Positions 56,415-64,000 of a stretch of 64,000 nt of DNA are shown piece by piece. The notes under the pieces were generated by a model. The model was not told the origin of the DNA and made no database searches. It was given only the letters and a program-made list of their open reading frames with translations. The DNA is from an uncultured Gemmatimonadales bacterium (GTDB taxonomy: Bacteria; Gemmatimonadota; Gemmatimonadetes; Gemmatimonadales; GWC2-71-9). Made by a program: the position numbers and the translations under genes. The stretch is taken from NCBI GenBank assembly GCA_963844035.1, contig CAWJMT010000027.1:32001-96000 (forward strand), written 5' to 3'. Each line of letters opens with the position of its first letter. The stretch's first letter is position 1.

Positions 56415-56988
56415 CTTCCCAGATCGCGCCGATCACCGCGACGCCGACGGCGCCGGCGGCGACGATCGCGCCGGCGTTCTGCGCCGTGATGCCGCCGATG
56501 CCGATGACCGGCACACCGGCGGGAGCGAGGCGGGCCAGCGCCGTGAAGCCCGAGGGACCAAGCGGCGGCCCAGCATCGCTCTTGTGCGTGGTGGAAAAAC
56601 AGGGGCCGATGCTCCAGTAGTCGGCGGGCCACGTGGTGGCGCGGGCGGCTTCCGCGCTAGAGCCAACCGAGATGCCAAGCAGGAAGCCCGGCGGGACGTG
56701 CGGGCGCAGAGCCCCAAGCGGCACGTCGTCCTGCCCCAGGTGCGCGCCGGCCGCGCCGGCGGCTACGCCTACGTCCACGCGGTCGTTGACGAGTACCGGG
56801 ACCGGCAACGCGGCAACGAGGGTGCGGGTCAGCGCGAGCAGGTCGCGCGGCGGGGCATGCTTGAGCCGGACCTGCACGGCGGTGGCGCCGCCTCGGACCG
56901 CCCGGCGGCACGCGTCCACGGGGTCGCCCCCCTTGAGGAGAGCGGCATCCGTGACCACCATCAAGCGCAACTGATCGACGAGGGCCAT
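56365..56988 (-). CDS. thiE: Thiamine-phosphate synthase
   Basis: VQVRLK, VNDRVD, AHLGQDD, TTHKSD, GIGGI. Confidence 0.92.
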   Translation of the reverse strand: MALVDQLRLMVVTDAALLKGGDPVDACRRAVRGGATAVQVRLKHAPPRDLLALTRTLVAALPVPVLVNDRVDVGVAAGAAGAHLGQDDVPLGALRPHVPPGFLLGISVGSSAEAARATTWPADYWSIGPCFSTTHKSDAGPPLGPSGFTALARLAPAGVPVIGIGGITAQNAGAIVAAGAVGVAVIGAIWEASDPEAAARAIRSAYA

Positions 56989-57355
56989 GAGTAAGATCCT
57001 GCGTGGACTGCGCGGTGCGACCACCGCGCCAGCGAACACCCGCGACGCCATCCTCGACGCGACGGAGGAATTGATCCGCGCGCTCCAGGAAGCGAACGAC
57101 TTCAAACCCGAGGACGTGGAGAGTGCCATCTTCACCTCCTCGCCCGACCTCACCGCCGAGTATCCGGCCCGCGCCGCACGGCGCCTGGGGTGGGACACCG
57201 TTCCGCTGCTCGGCGCCAGCGAAGTCGCCGTACCCGACGGCGTGCAGCGCTGCATCCGGCTGCTGCTGCACCTCTACACCGCCAAGGCGCCCGGCGAGCT
57301 GAAACATATGTATCTCCGCGGCGCCGCCACACTGCGGCCGGACCGAACGACGTGA
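56987..57355 (+). CDS. aroH: Chorismate mutase, AroH class
   Basis: RGLRGATT, FTSSPDL...YPA, RCIRLL, YLRGAATLRPD. Confidence 0.93.
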   Translation: MSKILRGLRGATTAPANTRDAILDATEELIRALQEANDFKPEDVESAIFTSSPDLTAEYPARAARRLGWDTVPLLGASEVAVPDGVQRCIRLLLHLYTAKAPGELKHMYLRGAATLRPDRTT

Positions 57356-58560
57356 CTAGCGGTCAGGCGGTCAGGCGGTCGGGCGGTCGGGAGACTGATC
57401 GGCGTGGCGCCGTCGTGTCGGCCAAGGGAGCTGCGCGCTGGGCCGCGGGACACCCGTGGATCTATCGCACCGACGTGTACGCCGAGCCGCGCGACGCGCC
57501 GGGGATCATCGCCGTCACCGACCGCCGGGGCCGTCACCTCGGGCAGGCCCTGTATTCACCGACGTCGGAGATTCGCCTGCGCCTGCTCACGCGCGGCACC
57601 GAATCCATCGACGCGGCCTGGTGGGGAGCGCGGATCGCCGCCGCGGCGGCGCGCCGATCGGGAATCAGCGATTCCGCCTATCGTGTGGTGAATGCCGAGG
57701 GCGACAGCTTACCCTCACTGGTCGTCGATCGTTACGGATCGTGCGTCGTGGCTCAGCTCCTCTCGGCGGGACTCGAGAGTGCGCGCGACGACGTCCTCGC
57801 CGGAATCCAGAGCGCCCTTAGCCCCGACGGCGTCCTGTTCCGAAACGACGCCGGGATCCGGCGACACGAGGGGCTACCCCTCGAAGTGGTGCCGGCCTCC
57901 GGCAGCGTGCCCGAGACGCTCGAGGTGATGGAGAACGGCGTGCGATACCTGGCGGCGCCCTGGTCCGGCCAGAAGACCGGCGCGTTCCTCGACCAGCGGG
58001 AGAACCGGGCGCTCGTGGCGGCGGCGGTGCCGGGCGGCGGCCGGGCGCTCGACTTGTTCACCTATCACGGCTCCTTTGCCCTGCACCTGGCGGGCCGGGC
58101 CAGGGAGGTGCTGGCGGTCGATTCGAGCGAGGAGGCGCTGGCGCGGGGACGAGAGAATGCGACGCTCAACGGTCTCACGAATATCGTCTGGCGCGAAGCG
58201 AATGCGTTCGACCTGTTGCGGGAGTTCGAGCGCCAGGACGAGCGCTTCGATGCGATCGTCCTCGATCCGCCGGCGTTCGCGAAGACCAAGGACAACCTGG
58301 CGCGTGCGCTTGCGGGCTACAAGGAGATCAACCTGCGGGCCATGCGCCTGCTCGCGCCGGGTGGTGTACTGTTCACCTGCTCGTGCTCCTACCACGTGGG
58401 TCGCGCGGCGTTCGCCGATATGCTCGTGGCGGCGGCCCGCGACAGCGGGCGGCGGCTGGAGCTGGTGCGTTGGACCGCAGCGGGGCACGACCACCCCGAA
58501 ATCCTCAACGTCCCCGAGACCGGATACCTGAAGGGGGCCCTGCTCCGCGCCGTCGAATAG
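57352..58560 (+). CDS. RlmI-like SAM-dependent rRNA methyltransferase
   Basis: GHPWIYR PUA domain, GQKTGAFLDQREN, LDPPAFAK, ETGYLKG. Confidence 0.9.
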   Translation: MTSGQAVRRSGGRETDRRGAVVSAKGAARWAAGHPWIYRTDVYAEPRDAPGIIAVTDRRGRHLGQALYSPTSEIRLRLLTRGTESIDAAWWGARIAAAAARRSGISDSAYRVVNAEGDSLPSLVVDRYGSCVVAQLLSAGLESARDDVLAGIQSALSPDGVLFRNDAGIRRHEGLPLEVVPASGSVPETLEVMENGVRYLAAPWSGQKTGAFLDQRENRALVAAAVPGGGRALDLFTYHGSFALHLAGRAREVLAVDSSEEALARGRENATLNGLTNIVWREANAFDLLREFERQDERFDAIVLDPPAFAKTKDNLARALAGYKEINLRAMRLLAPGGVLFTCSCSYHVGRAAFADMLVAAARDSGRRLELVRWTAAGHDHPEILNVPETGYLKGALLRAVE

Positions 58561-58606
58561 CCGCCTGCCGTTGACGAAACCAGCCTCCCTTACAACCTTG
58601 CACACC

Positions 58607-59485
58607 ATGGCGTTCGCTCCGCCCCCGGCGCGCGACCGAAGCGCGCTCGTCCGGCGAGTCCTGCTCGCGTTGCTTCTCGCGAATCTGACCATCGTCGGGG
58701 CGAAGGCCGTCATCGCCGTGCGCGCCAACTCGCTCGCCGTGCTGGGCGCGGCGCTCGATTCGGCGGTGGATGCACTCAACAACGGCCTCGCCATGCTGTT
58801 GGTGCGGGTCGCGTCCAAAGAACCCGACGAGGACCATCCTTACGGCCATGGTAAGTTCGAGACGCTCGGCACGCTCGCCATCGTCGGATTCCTCTCCGTC
58901 AGCTGCTTCGAGCTGGTGCGGGGCGCCGTCAACCACCTGGTCAGCGGCGGGCACCCGGTCACCGTCACCGACTTCCAGCTCGCGGTGCTGGTCATCACGG
59001 TAGGCCTGAACGTGTTGGTCGCGTGGTACGAGCAGCGGCGCGGGGCCGAGCTCGGGAGCCAGATCCTGGTCGCCGACGCGAGCCATACGCGCGCCGACGT
59101 ATTCGTCACCGTCGGCGTTCTGGTGGGCCTGCTGCTCGCACGCCAGGGGTTGTGGTGGGCCGATCCCGTGGCCGCCATCGTAGTGGCGGGCGTCATCGTG
59201 CGCGTAGCGTACGGCATCGCTTCGCGAGCCGTCCCCGTCCTGGTAGACCAGCGGGCCTTGCCGCCGATCGAGATCCAGGGAACCGCTGAAGGCGTGCGCG
59301 GCGTCATGAGCGCCTACCACATCCGTTCGCGCGGCGCTCCTCCCCTCCGCTATGCCGAGGTCACCATTTCGGTGGATCGGGGAGCGAACGTCGCCGATGC
59401 CCACGCGATCGCCGATGAGGTCGAGGAACGCCTCAAGCGCGACCTCCAGCTGTACGAGGTCGTGGTGCACGTCGAGCCATGCTGA
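58607..59485 (+). CDS. Cation diffusion facilitator transporter
   Basis: DSAVD, PDEDHPYGHGKFE, HTRAD, VVVHVEP. Confidence 0.93.
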   Translation: MAFAPPPARDRSALVRRVLLALLLANLTIVGAKAVIAVRANSLAVLGAALDSAVDALNNGLAMLLVRVASKEPDEDHPYGHGKFETLGTLAIVGFLSVSCFELVRGAVNHLVSGGHPVTVTDFQLAVLVITVGLNVLVAWYEQRRGAELGSQILVADASHTRADVFVTVGVLVGLLLARQGLWWADPVAAIVVAGVIVRVAYGIASRAVPVLVDQRALPPIEIQGTAEGVRGVMSAYHIRSRGAPPLRYAEVTISVDRGANVADAHAIADEVEERLKRDLQLYEVVVHVEPC

Positions 59486-60342
59486 GCGCCGTCCCGCCGC
59501 TCTCCCACGGCCAGCCCGCACGCGCCGCGCGCCGCCCCCCTCGCTCCCTGAAGCAGGAGTACGAGGAGTTCATGCTGCAGCGCATCGAGGAGTACAAAAA
59601 CGCGCTGGCGCGCGAGGATCTGCTGCAAATCGGCGACGAGGCGGTCCGCGAGCTCGAAGGGAACGCCGGCGGACAGTATCTCCTCACCGAGGTGCTGCTG
59701 CTCGAGCACGTCGATCGGCTCATCGCGCGGCGCCTGCGCCTGCCCTCGTTTCCGCGGTGGCGCCAAAAGCACCGCACGCTGCGCATCTCGCAGCGGGAGC
59801 CGACGCACTGGGGGCTCGGGGCGGATGCACCGCTCATCGGGCTCACTCGTCGGTTCGAGCCCGGCGACCTCGCCGTGGTTATCGGGGCCGGGGCCCTGCC
59901 CAGTGCGCTCTATCTGGCAGCCCACGACGCCGAGGTGTTCCTCCTCGATCAGGACCTGGGCGCGATCGAATCCGCAGAAAGTCGCGCGGTCGCCGAACAG
60001 CTCGCGGGGCGGTTTCACGCCCTGGTGATCCAGTTTGGCAGCTGGCTCCCCGACGTCACGCCCAGCCTCGTCGTGGTTGACCCCGCCGCCCTCGCTCCGG
60101 CCCGGCCCAAGGCGCGTCAGCGTCTACTCGACGACCTCAAGGCCCGCACGCGAGTTGGAGGGGTGCATTTGGTCCTTCCCACCCAGCCGATCCACGCCGT
60201 TATTCCGCTCGCCGCGGAAGGGTTGCAGGGGCACTACGACGGATGGCTCGTCACCCGCCGCAAGCGCTCCCGAGGCGGCGTCGGCTTCGTCGCCACCAAG
60301 CCAGAGCGTCAAGGAGACACGGTAGCGAACGTGTCTGAATGA
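59479..60342 (+). CDS. Hypothetical protein with degenerate methyltransferase-like C-terminal domain
   Basis: Helical N-terminus; VVIGAG...LYLAAHDAEVFLLD Rossmann-like pattern. Confidence 0.65.
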   Translation: MLSAVPPLSHGQPARAARRPPRSLKQEYEEFMLQRIEEYKNALAREDLLQIGDEAVRELEGNAGGQYLLTEVLLLEHVDRLIARRLRLPSFPRWRQKHRTLRISQREPTHWGLGADAPLIGLTRRFEPGDLAVVIGAGALPSALYLAAHDAEVFLLDQDLGAIESAESRAVAEQLAGRFHALVIQFGSWLPDVTPSLVVVDPAALAPARPKARQRLLDDLKARTRVGGVHLVLPTQPIHAVIPLAAEGLQGHYDGWLVTRRKRSRGGVGFVATKPERQGDTVANVSE

Positions 60343-60344
60343 CC

Positions 60345-60419
60345 GATTAGGGCGTGTTGGGAATAGGCGTTACCGAGTAAGGCGTTGCCGGATAAGGCGT
60401 TGCCGGATGGCGCGTGCGG
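60345..60419. repeat. 15-bp tandem direct repeat (~5 degenerate units, core TAAGGCGTTGCCGGA)
   Basis: ggaataggcgttacc / gagtaaggcgttgcc / ggataaggcgttgcc plus weaker flanking units. Confidence 0.75.
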
Positions 60420-60470
60420 CCAGGGTCTTGCATTGGCAAGGCTCCGACTCACACCCGGGAACGCTTCATC

Positions 60471-60656
60471 ATGACAAGTTTGCCCCTGGTACTCGACGAC
60501 GAGCCGCTCGGTATCATCCTGCGCGCCGGCCGGCAGCTGCTGCGCCCGGCCAAGATCTGGGCATACTGTTGGTGCGCCGATGAACCGGACGGCAATGAGC
60601 ACACCGCACCAGCATCTCCCGGTAGAGCATCCCCGCTGAGTGATTTGAGGCTCTAG
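60471..60656 (+). CDS. Small hypothetical protein (61 aa)
   Basis: MTSLPLVLDDEPLGIILR...KIWAYCWC; a hairpin follows directly. Confidence 0.5.
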   Translation: MTSLPLVLDDEPLGIILRAGRQLLRPAKIWAYCWCADEPDGNEHTAPASPGRASPLSDLRL

Positions 60657-60679
60657 GGGCCGGCGGTTCGCCGGCCCTT
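60656..60679 (+). terminator. Hairpin terminator
   Basis: GGGCCGGCG-GTT-CGCCGGCCC followed by TT. Confidence 0.55.
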
Positions 60680-60719
60680 CGTGTTTCCCCCACCGCAGTA
60701 GATTTCTGCCGTTCCTCAT

Positions 60720-61749
60720 ATGCATGCCATCGTCAAACGGAGTCGGGCCCCCGGCCTGACGGTCACGACCGTCCCCAAGCCGTCCCCGGGCCCGGGCGAG
60801 GTACTGATCGCCGTCCGCCACGCTGGGATGTGCGGCACCGATCTCCATATCGCCGACTGGAATGCCTGGGCACAGCAGCGGATCAATCCGCCGCTCGTCA
60901 TCGGACACGAATTCGCCGGTGAGGTCGTCGCGGTGGGAGACCGGGTCGCGGAGATCACGCCGGGCCAGCTCGTGACCGCGGAAGGGCACATCGTGTGCGG
61001 GCACTGCCTGCAGTGCCGTACCGGGAACAGCCACATCTGCCGTCGCACGCAGATCATCGGTGTGGACCGCGACGGCGCGTTCGCCGAATACATCGTCATG
61101 CCGGCGACCAACGTGCTGCCGCTGGACGGCATCCCCACCGACATCGGCGCCATCATGGACCCGATGGGCAACGCGTTTCACGCCGTGCTCACCGCGGAGA
61201 TCCCCGGGAGCGTCGTGCTGGTCGTCGGGTGCGGCCCGATCGGCTGCTTTGCTGTGGGTATCGCCCGGGCCGCCGGGGCCGCCAAGGTCATCGCCTCCGA
61301 CATCAATCCCAAGCGACTCGCGCTGGCGGAGCGGATGGGTGCGCACGTCATCATCGATGCCGGCCGCGAGGATGTCACGCGCCGGGTACTGGAAGAAACG
61401 AACCGCGAAGGCGCCGATGTCGTGTGCGAAATGTCCGGGGTCCCCTCGGCGCTGCACCAGGCGTTCGCGTCGGTGCGCATGGGTGGCCGCGTGCAGCTGC
61501 TCGGCATCCCCACCGGCCGCGGTGCCGATCGACTTCGCCAACGAGATCATCTTCAAGGGGCTCACCCTCTACGGCGTCATCGGGCGCAAGATGTACGAGA
61601 CCTGGCATCAGATGCGGCGCTATTTGAGCGCCGGCCTGTTCGACCCGCGTCCGGTCGTGACGCACCGGTTCCCCCTCGCCCGCGTGGACGACGCCATCGC
61701 CGCCATCCGCGCCGGCGATGCCGGCAAGATCATCCTGGAGATCGCATGA
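60720..61749 (+). CDS. tdh: L-threonine 3-dehydrogenase (frameshift ~61520)
   Basis: CGTDLHI, GHEFAG, AEGHIVCGHCLQC, GCGPIG, GRKMYETW. Confidence 0.95.
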
Positions 61750-62940
61750 CCTTCCCCGCCCGACTGCAGGCCGAGCTCGACCAGTTCAGACACGACGGGG
61801 TGTACAAGCGCCTGAACTACCTGGCCTCCCCGCAGGGGGCTCGCGTCCGGATGGAAGGGCGTGGCGAGGTGTTGATCCTCTCGTCCAACAACTACCTGGG
61901 CCTGTGCGACGCGCCCGACGTGGTGGCGGCAGGCAAGCGGGCCCTCGACGAGTTCGGCGCCGGGACCGGCTCCGTCCGCTTCATCTGCGGCACCTTCACG
62001 ATCCATCGGGAGCTCGAGGCGGCGCTGGCCCGGCTGGTCGGGTGCGCCGCGGCTCTCAGCTACGTCAGCTGCTGGAATGCGAACGAGGGGCTCTGCGCGA
62101 CCTTGCTCGGCGAGCAGGACATCGTGATCTCGGACCAGCTCAACCACGCCTCGATCATCGATTCGATCCGGCTCGCCAAGTCCATCACACGGTGCCAATC
62201 CGCGGTGTATCGCCACTCGGACATGGGGGACCTCGAGGACAAGCTGCGTGCGGCCAAGGACTGCCGCCTCAGGCTCGTCGTGACCGACGGGGTTTTCTCG
62301 ATGGAGGGCGACATCGCCAGGCTCCCGGACATCATGGCACTGTCGCGACAGTATGATGCCATCGTGGCAGTGGATGATTCCCACGGTACCGGAGTGCTCG
62401 GGGCGACCGGTCGCGGGACGGCCGAGCACTACGGCGTGCTCGGGCAGGTGGATATCGTCACCTCCACCTTGGGGAAGGCCCTCGGGGGCGCCGCGGGGGG
62501 GTTCGTGGCTGGCCCCGAGCCGCTCGCCGACTATCTCACCCAGCGCTCCCGGCCGCAGCTCTTCAGCAACGCCCTCCCCCCAACCGTCGCGGCGAGCGCG
62601 CTCGCTGCGGTGCGCCATCTCGAGGGTCACCCCGAGCTCGTGAGCCGCCTGAGGGACAACGCCAACTACTTTCGGGACCAGCTGCTCGCCCTCAGGGTTC
62701 AAGCCTCTGCCCGGCCAGACGCCGATCGTGCCGGTGATCCTGGGCGAGACCGCCCGGGCGATCGAAATGAGCGAGCGCCTGCTCGCGGAGGGCGTTTTCG
62801 TGACCGGGTTTGGCTACCCGGTCGTTCCGCAGGGCCACGCGCGGGTGCGCTGTCAGGTCTCGGCGGCGCACACCCGCGCCGACCTGGATTTCGCGTTGCG
62901 AGCGTTCAAGAAGGTCGGGACCCAGCTCGGGCTGATCTAG
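61746..62940 (+). CDS. kbl: Glycine C-acetyltransferase (2-amino-3-ketobutyrate CoA ligase; frameshift ~62695)
   Basis: SSNNYLGL, GSVRFICGT, NHASIID, DDSHG, TLGKALGG; coupled to tdh. Confidence 0.95.
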
Positions 62941-63160
62941 CGAACCGGCATTTTCGGCACTTCTTCGGTGTTTGTTTGGGTAATCCACGGCTGAACCTCA
63001 AGTAGTTTCAAGGCTCGGTGCCTTAACTTCCCTGCCTTCAAGCCTTTCGGGTATCGCGTTTTTGAACCCGAACCACTATTTTCGGTCGGTTTCGGGGCCG
63101 GGGCCCCGCGCGTCCGAGTGCCTCACACTGGGCAAGCCGTCTTGACCGAGGAGTGGTACC

Positions 63161-64000
63161 ATGCGGGTTCTCACAATCGTCGGGTTGGTTCTCGTCAGCT
63201 GGGTCGCGGGCCTGAGCGCGCAGCACGCCCATCAGATCGAGTTCGGCGGGTTCGGCACCTACACCCGCTACGACGACCAACGTGGCCTCGAAATGCAGGT
63301 CGGCGGCGGCGGGCGGCTGGGGTACTTCATGAGCGAGTACTTCGGCCTGGAAGCGGACCTCCACTTTGCCGCCCCCTATAACGCGGCCGGTACCTACGGC
63401 ACCGAGATCGCTCGAGGCAGCGTGAGCCTCATCGTCAACTCGGGCGGCCAGCACAACATCCTCTACGTTCTCGGTGGCTATACGCGCACCCGCGATGGCT
63501 GGTCGCCCTATCCCTACCAGTGGGCCAATACTGCCCACTTCGGGATTGGCGACCGGATCTTTTTCGGGAACCGCGCTGGCGCTGCGGCTCGAGGCGCGGG
63601 GGTTCTACACCCCTGGGGATCCGGTGGGAAACGGCGTCACAAACGCACTCGACTTCACGGGTTCGGCCGGGCTCTCGGTGTTCCTGTTCGGCAAGGGGAG
63701 CGGCCAGGCGAAGCCCCAGCCGATCTCACAGGCGACCAAGGATTCGATCATCGCCGCAGGTGGCACGCTGCCGCCGGAGACGCCGGAACCGACTCGCAAG
63801 GTGTTCGTGAAGAGCGGCGTCGGCTGGCAGCGTCAGTGGTTCTGGGGCGCTCAGGCCGGCGTGCTTTCCTTCAACACCGACGTCGACGGCTTCTCCGCCG
63901 AGCCGACGTTCGGCGGGCACTGGCTCATCACCGCCAAGAAGACCGCCATGTACGTCTCGTACGAGCAGTCGTTCTTCCTGTCGGACCGGCACGCCACCAT
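63161..64000 (+). CDS. Outer-membrane beta-barrel protein, partial
   Basis: MRVLTIVGLVLVSWVAGLSAQ...IEFGGFGTYTRYD...GGRLGYF; runs off the window end. Confidence 0.7.
   Translation, partial: MRVLTIVGLVLVSWVAGLSAQHAHQIEFGGFGTYTRYDDQRGLEMQVGGGGRLGYFMSEYFGLEADLHFAAPYNAAGTYGTEIARGSVSLIVNSGGQHNILYVLGGYTRTRDGWSPYPYQWANTAHFGIGDRIFFGNRAGAAARGAGVLHPWGSGGKRRHKRTRLHGFGRALGVPVRQGERPGEAPADLTGDQGFDHRRRWHAAAGDAGTDSQGVREERRRLAASVVLGRSGRRAFLQHRRRRLLRRADVRRALAHHRQEDRHVRLVRAVVLPVGPARHH

Noticed and set aside
60345..60419. CRISPR array or enterobacterial REP (GCCGGATAAGGCGTT-like)
   Set aside because: Units are contiguous with no spacers and no cas genes; the full REP palindrome is absent, so the resemblance is probably coincidental.
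60720..63005. Tdh-Kbl fusion (761-aa ORF)
   Set aside because: Artefact of an indel near 61520; the true Tdh C-terminus ends at 61749 with an ATGA overlap.

Overview
High-GC bacterial chromosomal segment. Gene content and style suggest Gemmatimonadota (inference, not verified). Most of it is housekeeping: hisIE-dnaE-accA-metG, an F1-only ATP synthase operon (atpA-G-D-C), an Mla/MCE ABC transporter, a sigma-70 factor, seven tRNAs, rho-ruvX-mltG, thiE, aroH, an RlmI-like methyltransferase, a CDF transporter and tdh-kbl. Accessory and envelope loci are interspersed: two tandem zinc-metallopeptidase lipoproteins with a PorV-like barrel and an aminopeptidase; TPM/nucleotidyltransferase/LemA; an outer-membrane beta-barrel cluster with a deleted duplicate; an islet between tRNAs with three paralogous small lipoproteins and dipZ flanked by two DUF2892-like genes; MASE1-GGDEF; an M13 peptidase; an Ig-lipoprotein/Ser-Thr kinase/TPR/barrel operon; and a MoxR-DUF58-RDD/SpoIIM cluster. 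Many genes, including essential ones, carry single-base frameshifts, most likely long-read indel errors. Non-coding signals include a dispersed family of 7-8 bp tandem-repeat hairpins (one inside a signal-peptide coding region), sigma-70-like promoters (some apparently leaderless), a Rex-like box upstream of atpA and several CRP/FNR-like boxes. No CRISPR array, integrase, transposase or rRNA was seen. Family assignments come from motif recognition only; no database searches were run.
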